From IMG/VR virus record IMGVR_UViG_3300024259_002152, positions 186,001 through 250,000 of that record: a stretch of DNA of 64,000 nucleotides; one strand, given 5' to 3'. Below, piece by piece: positions 38,081-46,034 of this stretch; within the stretch, counting starts at the first letter, position 1; every line of letters begins with the position of its first letter. A program made the translations under genes and the position numbers. The notes beneath the pieces are model-generated. The model made no database searches and was not told the origin of the DNA. It saw nothing but the letters and a program-made list of their open reading frames with translations.

Positions 38081-38296
38081 ATGAAAGTTAATTTTAAAAA
38101 GCCAGAAAACGGGAATAAGGACAATGATGCTCTTTTAGATTATGAGATAATTGACTCTAAAGATAAAAACACTTTAGAGATATGGCATCACAACGCAGAT
38201 GATGGTTATTATTCTTATGGTTTTGAAGTAACAGGAACAGATGAAGAAATAAAAGTTATTAAAGAATTTTGTGATAAAATTACGGAGGCTAAATAA
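38081..38296 (+). CDS. Small hypothetical protein
   Basis: 71-aa ORF abutting both neighbours. Confidence 0.55.
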   Translation: MKVNFKKPENGNKDNDALLDYEIIDSKDKNTLEIWHHNADDGYYSYGFEVTGTDEEIKVIKEFCDKITEAK

Positions 38297-39406
38297 GTGA
38301 AAGTTGAAACCCCCTTATCTCTCAAGTATCGTCCTAAAAAATTATCTCAGGTAGTAGGGCAACCAGTAGTAGTTAGAGCATTTACTAATGCTTTCAAAAT
38401 AAATAATCTGCATCATGCTTATATTCTAGCAGGTCAATTTGGTTGCGGAAAAACGACAGTTGCTAGAATTGTTGCGGCAACTGAAAATTGTTTAGAGAAT
38501 AAAAAAGATCCATGTGGTAAGTGTAATAATTGTCAAGAAATTTTTGCTGGGAAATCCTATGAAGTTCTTGAGATAGATGCGGGAAGTGAAGGTAAGGTTG
38601 ATAATATCAGAGCATTACACAAATCTTTACATCAATGTCCCGTAGAATGCAAAACAAAATATGTTATTATTGATGAGGCACATTCTTTAACAGGTTCAGC
38701 AGCAGAAGCGTCTTTAAAGATGATAGAGGAACCTCCTCCTATGGTTAGATTTATCTTAGCCACTACTGAGCCACAGGCGTTTAAGGAAACCATTCATAGT
38801 CGTTGCATTATGTGGAGTTTCAACAAGGTTGGTAGGGCTGATATATTCAGTCATTTGCAAAATATTTCTCAGCAGGAGCAAATTGGTTGTGATGATAAAA
38901 CTCTTCAATTAATTGCCAGATATTCCAAAGGGTCAGTGAGAAATTCTTTACAACATCTTCAGAAAATTATGAATTATGTGGGAGATGATTCAATAACATA
39001 TGAATCTGCGGTAGAAGCTCTTGGAGTGATAGATGATGTATTATATTTTGATCTTTTCGATGGCATTATAGCAAAAGATGCCATGAAATGCTTTATGACT
39101 ATTAACAAGATATTTTGCGATGGTAAAGAAGCTAAATTGGTTATAGATGGAGTTTATGAGCATTTGAATAATTTGCTGGTTACGAGGACATGTCGAAAAG
39201 ATCTAGATTCTTTTGATTTTACACAGGAAGAAGCTAAGAGATATATACATCAAAACTCTACAATAGCTAAGAGTGGTGGAGATGATATACTAAGAATGAT
39301 GAACCTATTAAGCAATGTCTCATTTGGGGTAGAGTATAGTTTAAATCCAGCACAATTGCTGAATAAGTTTGCGGTAGAATCTATCCGTATGTTTGCTAAA
39401 AGATAG
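38297..39406 (+). CDS. dnaX: DNA polymerase III gamma/tau-like clamp-loader ATPase (gamma-length)
   Basis: KYRP...VVGQ, HAYILAGQFGCGKTT, PCGKCNNC, EIDAGS, IIDEAH, FILATTE, IHSRC. Confidence 0.92.
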   Translation: MKVETPLSLKYRPKKLSQVVGQPVVVRAFTNAFKINNLHHAYILAGQFGCGKTTVARIVAATENCLENKKDPCGKCNNCQEIFAGKSYEVLEIDAGSEGKVDNIRALHKSLHQCPVECKTKYVIIDEAHSLTGSAAEASLKMIEEPPPMVRFILATTEPQAFKETIHSRCIMWSFNKVGRADIFSHLQNISQQEQIGCDDKTLQLIARYSKGSVRNSLQHLQKIMNYVGDDSITYESAVEALGVIDDVLYFDLFDGIIAKDAMKCFMTINKIFCDGKEAKLVIDGVYEHLNNLLVTRTCRKDLDSFDFTQEEAKRYIHQNSTIAKSGGDDILRMMNLLSNVSFGVEYSLNPAQLLNKFAVESIRMFAKR

Positions 39407-39427
39407 CAAAAATGAACTTTAATACAA

Positions 39428-39474
39428 TTTCAATCATATGTCGATATAAATGTGTGATTTATATATGATTGAAA
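39428..39474 (+). promoter_or_regulatory. Inverted repeat/hairpin abutting the sigma-factor SD
   Basis: TTTCAATCATAT (39428-39439) / ATATGATTGAAA (39463-39474) is a perfect 12-bp IR; inner ATAAAT/ATTTAT stem; contains TCGATATAAA. Confidence 0.6.
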
Positions 39475-39483
39475 GGAGTTCAT

Positions 39484-40203
39484 ATGGGTAAACGCAGACC
39501 CGTTAAGCGGATCTTTGGCCCACTTGAAAAACTAGAATATGAAGATTTAGTAGATGTTGTAAGAGGTAGATCGAGAACTAAAAGGAAAAATAACGCTTAT
39601 AATGAGATAGAGAAAAGAATAAAAGTCAAAGTATTTTATATTACAAGGCAATTTTATATTCCTGGTCTTAATTTTGATGATATATTGCAAGAAGCTTTGT
39701 TTGCTTTAAGATTTAAAGCTATTCCTGATTATGATAAAGATAAAGGACATGGTGATCGACCTTATCCTTTTGACAAATTCGCTATGCTTTGTATCAGGAG
39801 GCATCTATCAACTTTATTAAAAAGTAGTTTTCGTAATAAAGAGAAGGCCCTAAATACTAGTTTTTCTTTGGATCAAGATAGAAGTACCCACGATGACGAA
39901 AATTTATATTTAGTAGATATTCTTTCTGTCACAAAAGGTTCGTTAGTTGATAAGGTTGGACAGCAAGAGTATTATCGTAATTTGATAGAGAGATTATATA
40001 AAAGACTCTCCAAGTTGGAGAAAAATGTCTTTGTTTTGTATACTTGTAGATATTCATATGATGAAATAACTGATAAAATTAATAAGTTTTATAAGTCCCG
40101 AGGTAGAAAAAGAAAAGTAAATGTTAAAAGTGTGGACAACGCTTTGAGTCGAATTAAAATAAAAGCTAAAGAGATTTTTGATAAATATGATGGAGAGATA
40201 TAG
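39484..40203 (+). CDS. Sigma-70 family (SigH-like) RNA polymerase sigma factor
   Basis: FYIPGLNFDDILQEAL, FAMLCIRRHLSTLLK...KEKALN.S.SLD, SYDEI, KSVDNALSRIK; AGGAG SD before ATG 39484. Confidence 0.85.
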   Translation: MGKRRPVKRIFGPLEKLEYEDLVDVVRGRSRTKRKNNAYNEIEKRIKVKVFYITRQFYIPGLNFDDILQEALFALRFKAIPDYDKDKGHGDRPYPFDKFAMLCIRRHLSTLLKSSFRNKEKALNTSFSLDQDRSTHDDENLYLVDILSVTKGSLVDKVGQQEYYRNLIERLYKRLSKLEKNVFVLYTCRYSYDEITDKINKFYKSRGRKRKVNVKSVDNALSRIKIKAKEIFDKYDGEI

Positions 40204-40238
40204 TAAACAGGGGTAGTAAAAAATGATTTAAAAAGAAA

Positions 40239-40266
40239 TTGAAAAGTGAAAACAATCCCATATAAT
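40239..40266 (+). promoter_or_regulatory. Sigma70-type promoter, motif copy 4
   Basis: TTGAAA-AGTGAAAACAATCCCA-TATAAT. Confidence 0.75.
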
Positions 40267-40308
40267 AAAGTAGTAAGAATTGTAGATATTTTCCACAAGG
40301 AGTAAAGT

Positions 40309-41616
40309 ATGATTTTCGAAGTTAATAGAGAAGAATTCACAAGGGCTATTAAACCCGCTGTAGAGATTGCAACCAAAAACACACTCAAGGATTTCAAATA
40401 TGAGAATTTATTAACGATAAAAGCTGAACAGGATCAGGTTGTTTTGGTTTCTTATGGAGGCACATTAAGTATTGTCGCTCCTATATCAGGAAATAATTTT
40501 GGAGCACTAGATTATAGTTGCGAAGAAGAAGGGCAAACTACTGTTTATGCTGATGACTTATTGACATTTATGCAATCTCTTCCTAAAAGCTACGACAAAG
40601 TAAAGATTTCATTAGTGTCTAATCAGCTTAAATTATCTTCCGCTTCAAAGAAAACTGACGGCAAGAAGGCTAGTTCAGAACGATCTATGCCTACGGTGAC
40701 TGATATTGTTCGTCTTCCAAAAATTGGGACAACTTTTGACCAAGATATTGAATTGGATAGAGAGGTTTTTGTAAATGGTATTGATAGCGTCCTGTTTGCT
40801 CCAGCATACGAAGAAAAATATTTTTCTTATATGTGTATGTTATTTGAAGCAAGTTCTGGCACAGATCAAGAGATGAGATTTTCAGCAGGTTCAGGAGGAA
40901 GGTTTGCGATTAAATCTGTTAAAGGCAAGAATATAGTGCTGAATCAGAATGAAGCGAAGATGATTTTTCCAAAGAACAGTCTTTCTTCTATATTTAAGAT
41001 TTTATCAAGCGCAACAGAATCTTCCATTCGTATTAAATCTATAGGCGTAGATCAAACAAAAAATATTTCTGAGCAAATTCTGGTTGAGTGTGATGGAATG
41101 ACTATATGTGTATTTGGATTAGAGCATTTTACTAAATATCCTGATTTAAGTAAAATTTTAGCACATCAATATTCTAATAGAGTTTATAGTAGTTTGGAAG
41201 ATTGGCAGTCTATTGAGAAGACAATTGAGGGAACACGACACAGATGGAATGATAGTATTCATAATACGGAGATCATCATTGAAGAGAGTGATGAAGTTTT
41301 TAAAGTAACTCCTAAAACTCCTCATGCGAGTCCTACATTTATTGGAATGGTAGATACAAATGATTGTATTATCAAGGGTGATAAGATATGGTTCTGTTGT
41401 AATTCTGATTACCTGAGAGAGATGGTTGTTCAAGGTGGGGGTAAGGGTCGTATTCAGTTGAATTTTGAAAGTCAGTCGATATTGGAAGGGATAACAGATG
41501 ACAAACAGGCTCAGAAAATGATGAAACCAGTCCTGGTCAAATTTCCAGAAAATGTTGATGACGCCAAAAATACTGTTGATAACTTTTATATGTTCTTCTC
41601 AATTTCTACTAAATAA
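40309..41616 (+). CDS. dnaN: Divergent DNA polymerase III beta sliding clamp
   Basis: MIFEVNREEF N-terminus, KYPDLSKI and CNSDYL motifs at DnaN-like positions, size and context next to dnaX. Confidence 0.65.
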   Translation: MIFEVNREEFTRAIKPAVEIATKNTLKDFKYENLLTIKAEQDQVVLVSYGGTLSIVAPISGNNFGALDYSCEEEGQTTVYADDLLTFMQSLPKSYDKVKISLVSNQLKLSSASKKTDGKKASSERSMPTVTDIVRLPKIGTTFDQDIELDREVFVNGIDSVLFAPAYEEKYFSYMCMLFEASSGTDQEMRFSAGSGGRFAIKSVKGKNIVLNQNEAKMIFPKNSLSSIFKILSSATESSIRIKSIGVDQTKNISEQILVECDGMTICVFGLEHFTKYPDLSKILAHQYSNRVYSSLEDWQSIEKTIEGTRHRWNDSIHNTEIIIEESDEVFKVTPKTPHASPTFIGMVDTNDCIIKGDKIWFCCNSDYLREMVVQGGGKGRIQLNFESQSILEGITDDKQAQKMMKPVLVKFPENVDDAKNTVDNFYMFFSISTK

Positions 41617-41635
41617 CGTTGTAATGTGATTTGAA

Positions 41636-42808
41636 ATGAATAAGGTAATAGTTTTAGAAGGTAATATAATTGAACGTAAAAGAGTCCTTAAAAAAATTAA
41701 GGACTCTTTTATGGACGATTACGAAACAGTAGTCTTCGATAAAAAAGATTCGTACGACTGTGTTTCTCATGCTCTTACCGAGATTTCATGTTTTTCTGGA
41801 GATAAGTTATTTATTATGAGAGGGCTTCCTGCCGTTGATGCTCCTACTGATGCTCAGGCAAGAACTAAAGTTTTAAATTATTTAAAAAAACTATTTCCCA
41901 CAATTCCTGCGGGAAATGTTCTAGTAATGGATAATATTGGCATATCTGGAGAATCATTTTTAAAGGAAGTTAGAAAATATGGAGAAGTTCATAAGTTTCA
42001 GCAAAAGATTAATAAATCTGATGGTAATCAAATAGCTAGTAGCTATTTTAAAAATAAGAAGATTGTGATTGACGATGCCATTTCTCAACTTTTGGTAGAT
42101 TCGTTAAATTTTAATGGTGATGAAATAGATGTTGATAAATTATATTTGATTTTGAAGAAATTTTATCAATACGTTTATGGGAAAAATAAGATAGTTAAAG
42201 AAGATGTATATGCTATTTGTTCTTCTAAAGAATTTATTATTTGGTCCCTTTATAATATGTTAGATGATGTTAGTTCTTCCGAAGATAAGAATATTGGGTC
42301 TATTATCAGTTTTATTTATAATCATTTGGATAATGCTAAGTATTTTGAACATGAAGTAGTAATGATTTTAAGAGCGATGATATGGAGATATGGCTTATTA
42401 TTGCTGGCCAAGAGTGAAGTAAATAATAAAAGATCTCAGCAGGAAATTAGTGATAATATCTCTAATATAATTAAATTAGAGAGTCATGGTAGATCTTATA
42501 AGATACAAATGAATCCCAAAACGTCTAAAGACGCGTCTATTCCTGAGTATTCGAAGAAAATGATCAACTCTGTGATGAATAGTTATTATGGTAGGGCTCC
42601 ATTAGCTTGTTATACCTACGGGCAGTTATTGTTGATATATTATACTGCTATAAAGACTCTTTTAAAGATAAGATCTGGTTGCACTGGATCTGAGATAAGG
42701 ATAGCAATATCCATTATGATTTCAGTCGTTTGTGGGATAATAACCAAACAAAATACGATAGATGGCATATTGGAGCACAAAAAACTTATATATGGAATTA
42801 ATAGATAA
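41636..42808 (+). CDS. Divergent DNA polymerase III delta (HolA)-like subunit
   Basis: VIVLEG N-terminus, LTEISCFSGDKLFI (L..lPfF.++rlv-like), IWSLYNML; context after dnaX and dnaN. Confidence 0.5.
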   Translation: MNKVIVLEGNIIERKRVLKKIKDSFMDDYETVVFDKKDSYDCVSHALTEISCFSGDKLFIMRGLPAVDAPTDAQARTKVLNYLKKLFPTIPAGNVLVMDNIGISGESFLKEVRKYGEVHKFQQKINKSDGNQIASSYFKNKKIVIDDAISQLLVDSLNFNGDEIDVDKLYLILKKFYQYVYGKNKIVKEDVYAICSSKEFIIWSLYNMLDDVSSSEDKNIGSIISFIYNHLDNAKYFEHEVVMILRAMIWRYGLLLLAKSEVNNKRSQQEISDNISNIIKLESHGRSYKIQMNPKTSKDASIPEYSKKMINSVMNSYYGRAPLACYTYGQLLLIYYTAIKTLLKIRSGCTGSEIRIAISIMISVVCGIITKQNTIDGILEHKKLIYGINR

Positions 42809-43080
42809 TGGAAGAAATTTATAAAAGTGTACTACTATTGATCCATTCTCTAACTCAATTGTCTGGAACGACTTACAAGTATAAAGAGGAGCCGAATGAG
42901 GAGAATGGGGAAAAAATAGTTACAATAGTAGATAAATGTGAAAATAAGTTCTTGAAAGTGAAAGAAGAAATAGTTAGAATGGTTCAAGAAGTAGAAGATG
43001 GTCAAAAAACAGAAGAGATAGAAGAAACAGAAGAGATTGAGACAATCCCTACAGAACAAGGTTTTTTAATAAAGGAATAA
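42808..43080 (+). CDS. Acidic hypothetical protein
   Basis: 90-aa ORF, coupled start. Confidence 0.5.
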   Translation: MEEIYKSVLLLIHSLTQLSGTTYKYKEEPNEENGEKIVTIVDKCENKFLKVKEEIVRMVQEVEDGQKTEEIEETEEIETIPTEQGFLIKE

Positions 43081-43086
43081 CATATC

Positions 43087-43281
43087 ATGGCAGGATTCAA
43101 AACAATTAAAGTGCTGATTAATGATGATGGAACAGTCGAATTTGACCAAGTTGGATGGACAGGAAAGAAGTGCGCAAATGACATTCAATCATTAATCGAT
43201 GCTATGGGAGAAGAAAAATCAGTACAGAAAAAAGATGAATATTATAAGGACAATAAGGTTCAGATTCAACAAAGATTTTAA
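43087..43281 (+). CDS. DUF2997-like small protein
   Basis: IKVLINDDGTVEFDQVGWTGKKC...DEYY pattern. Confidence 0.7.
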   Translation: MAGFKTIKVLINDDGTVEFDQVGWTGKKCANDIQSLIDAMGEEKSVQKKDEYYKDNKVQIQQRF

Positions 43282-43292
43282 AGGATAGATTT

Positions 43293-43712
43293 ATGCCATT
43301 TAAAAAAGTTATAACATCGGACGGTCAGCCTATAGTTATAGGAACAACTCTTGGCGAGGATATTAAATTCCCTCCTGGTTTTTGCTATAGAATAGGAGGG
43401 CTTATCTACACAGTTAAAGAAGATGTGACACAAGATCGAAGCTCTCCTATGAGAGAGATAAGTGTTAGTGATGGTTCAACAGAAATTATGACTGTAGCTA
43501 GTATTACTAATGATTTGAAAGCTCATGGGTGTCAAGTTATGCCAATGGATAAGAGATTTGCTAAAAAAGAAGAGACTCAGACAGAAGAAGTAGAAGTAGT
43601 TGAGAAAAAGATCTCAAAAAAAAAGCCTCAAAAAACGAGCGTCCAAAAAAAAGTGGTCAGGGATAAAAAGGTGGCCAAGAAGGTAACCAAGAAAACCAAT
43701 GGAACTAAGTAA
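43293..43712 (+). CDS. Hypothetical protein with Lys-rich C-terminal tail
   Basis: ...KKISKKKPQKTSVQKKVVRDKKVAKKVTKK. Confidence 0.55.
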   Translation: MPFKKVITSDGQPIVIGTTLGEDIKFPPGFCYRIGGLIYTVKEDVTQDRSSPMREISVSDGSTEIMTVASITNDLKAHGCQVMPMDKRFAKKEETQTEEVEVVEKKISKKKPQKTSVQKKVVRDKKVAKKVTKKTNGTK

Positions 43713-43905
43713 GATTGCATTAGATATCCTCCCAAGTGGTCATATAAGATTTAGACGGGGAGATAGAGAATATAACAAGCGGATGAGAGAAATCATATCG
43801 TTCGTTGTTGATAATGACGAGACTGTTTTGAGAGAGATAGATGATTTCTTAATAGGATCAGAAGATGTAGAATTGTTAATAGGGGATACAATTCTCTGCG
43901 GATGA
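43699..43905 (+). CDS. Small hypothetical protein
   Basis: 68-aa ORF overlapping the upstream stop. Confidence 0.55.
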   Translation: MELSKIALDILPSGHIRFRRGDREYNKRMREIISFVVDNDETVLREIDDFLIGSEDVELLIGDTILCG

Positions 43906-43928
43906 TTATTCTATTTTGTTCTTTTTTC

Positions 43929-43950
43929 ACATCGCTCTCGACTGCGATGT
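43929..43950 (+). terminator. Stem-loop (possible terminator)
   Basis: ACATCGC / GCGATGT followed by TCTTT. Confidence 0.4.
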
Positions 43951-43958
43951 TCTTTAAT

Positions 43959-43992
43959 ATAGCCATATGGTTTAGATCATATGGCTATTTTT
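43959..43992 (+). terminator. Intrinsic terminator-like hairpin with TTAG loop
   Basis: ATAGCCATATG-GT-[TTAG]-AT-CATATGGCTAT followed by a T-run. Confidence 0.65.
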
Positions 43993-44001
43993 ATGAAATG
44001 A

Positions 44002-44046
44002 ATCTCCTAAGTCGATATATATAAAAAGTATATTGATTTAGGAGAT
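44002..44046 (+). promoter_or_regulatory. 18-bp hairpin sequestering the resolvase ribosome-binding site
   Basis: ATCTCCTAAGTCGATATA (44002-44019) pairs with TATATTGATTTAGGAGAT (44029-44046), with 2 G-U pairs; the right arm holds AGGAG. Confidence 0.7.
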
Positions 44047-44683
44047 GAGTGTGGCTAATAAATTTGAAGTTATTATAGGCGTAGATCCAGGAGTAGTTGG
44101 TGGCATATCTATTATTTATAAAAATGGAGTAATTGATATTAATAGAATACCAGTAAAAAAGGTAGTAGTTAATAAGAAAAATAAAAAAACCTATGATTTA
44201 GTTGGTATATCCGAGATATTTGAACCATTTATTAATAAAAAAGTTTTATTTGTCCAAGAGAAAGTATCATCACATCCTGGGGAAGGAAGCGTATCGGCGT
44301 TCAATTTCGGTCGATCTTCGGGATATACTATCGGTATGGCTCATGCTTTGGGTTTCGAGGTAGTAGAGGTGACTCCTCAAGCTTGGAAGAAACACTTTCC
44401 AGAGCTTGTTACTCAAGAGATATTAGTAAAAAAAGAAGAGATTAAGAAATTAAGAGTATTATCTAAAACATTAAAGGATAAACCCTCCCAAAAATTGAAT
44501 AAAAAAGAGATAGATAAGCTAAATAGGCAAATTAAGACGTTAGCCAAAGAAGAAGCTAGGAGTTTAGCTTCTTCTCTATATCCTCAATCAGCAGGTGAAT
44601 TTAAGCAGAAAAATAGTGATGGGATAGCAGAGAGCCTATTAATCTCATTATATGGTAGGGATAATCAAAATGAATTGGTTTAA
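44045..44683 (+). CDS. RuvC-like Holliday junction resolvase (phage type) with a coiled-coil insertion
   Basis: IIGVDPGVVGG, QEKV...GSVSAFNFGRSSG, VTPQAWKK, DGIAESLLI. GTG at 44051 fits SD spacing better than ATG 44045. Confidence 0.82.
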   Translation: MSVANKFEVIIGVDPGVVGGISIIYKNGVIDINRIPVKKVVVNKKNKKTYDLVGISEIFEPFINKKVLFVQEKVSSHPGEGSVSAFNFGRSSGYTIGMAHALGFEVVEVTPQAWKKHFPELVTQEILVKKEEIKKLRVLSKTLKDKPSQKLNKKEIDKLNRQIKTLAKEEARSLASSLYPQSAGEFKQKNSDGIAESLLISLYGRDNQNELV

Positions 44684-45032
44684 ATTTGCAAAAGATTTTG
44701 GTGATAGAAATACGATTAATTCTAAAATAAGGTATCTCAAGATACTAAAAGAAACGATATCTTCTAATTCTAAAATAGTTTTTCAGAGTGGTAAAACAGC
44801 TAAGGATTCGACCTATAGTATCATAACGTCGTCTAAAATTACGTCTTATCCCTCATTGCATGAGGTTCTAATACGAGCAGATTCTTTAGTATTAGATAGT
44901 CCTTGGAAATTTGGAGAATTATGTAGTGATGCCATTAACAAAATAGATCAATTAATATATGCTCTTATAGAAGAGAGAAAAGAGATTACTTATGAAGGAA
45001 AGAAAAAGGGGCCTAAGAAAGGTTGGGTATAA
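44670..45032 (+). CDS. Hypothetical protein with N-terminal MNWFKFAK motif
   Basis: ATG 44670 overlaps the resolvase end. Confidence 0.6.
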   Translation: MNWFKFAKDFGDRNTINSKIRYLKILKETISSNSKIVFQSGKTAKDSTYSIITSSKITSYPSLHEVLIRADSLVLDSPWKFGELCSDAINKIDQLIYALIEERKEITYEGKKKGPKKGWV

Positions 45033-45691
45033 TGTCAAAGAAAAATGATGTGGAACAACATTCTGTCGTAGTAACTAATGCTCCAAATGCAAATGTCGTC
45101 CCGTATTTGTTCAGTTTAGATAGAATAGAAAAAACAAATTGTAATTTATGTCAATGTGAATTTAGGGATGAAGCTGAAGATATCTATGAGAATCAAAAAA
45201 GAAAAAACTATTCGGAGATAAAAAGAAGATTAAAACAAAACCATGATTTTGATGCAACGGTTGGTGGTATAAAAAATCATATGTTGTTTCATTATAAAGC
45301 TGCTCAAAATAATGCTGCTTTGCAGGAATATGCTGAAGATGTGCAGCAATGGGTTAATATGCAGACCAATAAGCTGGTAGCGATGAAATCAAGGATAGCA
45401 GTGCTAGAAAGAGAAATGTTTACTCTTGGTAAAGAGAGTGAAGAATTAGATATTTCTGAAAGAAGAAAAAATGCCGAAACAATGAAAAAATTAGCAGAAA
45501 CTATTCTTACTTATGAAAATAAATTATCAGAATATCAGGAAGAGGTAAAACCTGTGAATCTTGTATTTAATCAGTTAAAAGTCATTGTCAATGATGAGCT
45601 TGCACATGTTGATAATATCAAAACAAGGACTGTGGTAAGCACTATTTTGAAAAGATTGAATGATAGTGTCGGAGAGATGATGATTGAATAA
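45032..45691 (+). CDS. Hypothetical protein: CxxC...HxxxH putative Zn/HTH region plus coiled coil
   Basis: CNLCQC...IKNHMLFH followed by a long heptad-rich region. Confidence 0.5.
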   Translation: MSKKNDVEQHSVVVTNAPNANVVPYLFSLDRIEKTNCNLCQCEFRDEAEDIYENQKRKNYSEIKRRLKQNHDFDATVGGIKNHMLFHYKAAQNNAALQEYAEDVQQWVNMQTNKLVAMKSRIAVLEREMFTLGKESEELDISERRKNAETMKKLAETILTYENKLSEYQEEVKPVNLVFNQLKVIVNDELAHVDNIKTRTVVSTILKRLNDSVGEMMIE

Positions 45692-45864
45692 TGAAAGTAT
45701 GGAATTTTAAAAAACAAAAGATAGAGAATGGGACAGAGTCTCCTGGTTGTAATAGTGTAGATGGAGTTAAAGATTATAAGCCCGTCTTTATGAGTTATAA
45801 GGAGAACGGAGAAAATAGAGTAATTTCAATTAAGGACAATCAAAATGAAACAGATAGAAAGTGA
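45691..45864 (+). CDS. 57-aa ORF missed by the track
   Basis: ATG overlaps the upstream TAA; MKVWNFKKQKIENGTESPGC...NETDRK*; fills the gap and overlaps the next start. Confidence 0.5.
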   Translation: MKVWNFKKQKIENGTESPGCNSVDGVKDYKPVFMSYKENGENRVISIKDNQNETDRK

Positions 45865-46033
45865 AAGTTTAATATATACTCAGAAGAATATTGTGGTGGG
45901 AGATAGAAAGAGAAATGTTATTACTATTGATAAAAAGCCAGGGGCTCAACTGGGTCAAAAAGTAGTGGATAATAAGGTTGTGACAGTAAAGAAAAGAAAA
46001 TGTAGCGGTTGCTCGAGGAGAAGGAAAGGGTAA
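45845..46033 (+). CDS. Small basic hypothetical protein
   Basis: 62 aa ending KKRKCSGCSRRRKG. Confidence 0.55.
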   Translation: MKQIESESLIYTQKNIVVGDRKRNVITIDKKPGAQLGQKVVDNKVVTVKKRKCSGCSRRRKG

Positions 46034-46034
46034 C

